From Phallusia mammillata (lineage: Eukaryota): a DNA stretch of 64,000 nucleotides. Shown here piece by piece: positions 63,501-64,000 of this stretch. The notes beneath the pieces were generated by a model. The model saw only the letters and a program-made list of their open reading frames with translations, made no database searches and had not been told where the DNA came from. The translations under genes were made by a program, and so were the position numbers. Position 1 is the first letter of the stretch, and each line of letters starts with the position of its first letter. The stretch is taken from NCBI GenBank assembly GCA_965637545.1, contig OZ281500.1, positions 496,001 to 560,000 of the forward strand, read 5' to 3'.

Positions 63501-64000
63501 TGTTCACGCATATTTTACCCTCTTCGTATTTCATTTGTCACATAATTATCATTATTGTTCATTATTTTGCACATATTTGTGAGTTTTGAAACCTATGTTT
63601 GTCCTATTTATGTCATTGTGGAGTCAATACAATTATTTTGCTTTACTTTTGTGCCAACATTTTTTAAGTTTGTTTCAGGCCTTCTGATTACTTTAGGATG
63701 ATTTGTTAATTAATTGGTTTGTTAAAAAACCACAACTGAAAGGTTATAAAAAAGGTGGATATAGCTGCTAGATTTTACTTAAGCAGGCAATTTTATAGAC
63801 GGAAGTAACCATGCAAACGTTAGAACAAGTTTTAGCTCACAGCTTTTAGAGGTGTTGTTACTTTCGTCATATCTATGTCAAAATGGATATTAATGACTAG
63901 TTTCAACCAGAGAATAATTTAGTGTTAGAAATATACATAAAAATACTGGACAGGTTGCATACTTGACAAATTTTTAGCATTTTTCGCTTGTGTGCTCGCA

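Overview
AT-rich, intron-containing animal genomic DNA with no prokaryotic features. It is most likely an ascidian (tunicate); this is inferred from the compact introns, the derived Pdx gene structure and the MITE types. Exon models were built by hand from GT/AG junctions and phase consistency. From left to right: (1) the 5' two coding exons of a cholecystokinin/cionin-type GPCR (minus strand, running off the left edge); (2) PDZD11, head-to-head with it; (3) a three-unit tandem duplication carrying two apparently intact and one scrambled GAPR-1/GLIPR2-like CAP genes, with MITEs and a Tc1-derived foldback; (4) the ParaHox gene Pdx/Xlox (3 exons, about 375 aa) with no Gsx or Cdx seen in the window; (5) tRNA-Thr(UGU); (6) a 3-exon gene fusing a type II membrane anchor to a LINE ORF1p-like coiled-coil/RRM/CTD, a probable domesticated retrotransposon protein and the most novel item; (7) a secreted Ly6/three-finger protein with a Ser/Thr-rich tail; (8) an 11-exon, about 1,883-aa secreted 2x trefoil + SEA-like + 8x EGF putative proteoglycan, most of whose small exons are missing from the ORF track; (9) an unresolved right end with arrays of tandem splice-acceptor-like repeats. 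No database searches were run, so all novelty claims need homology checks.
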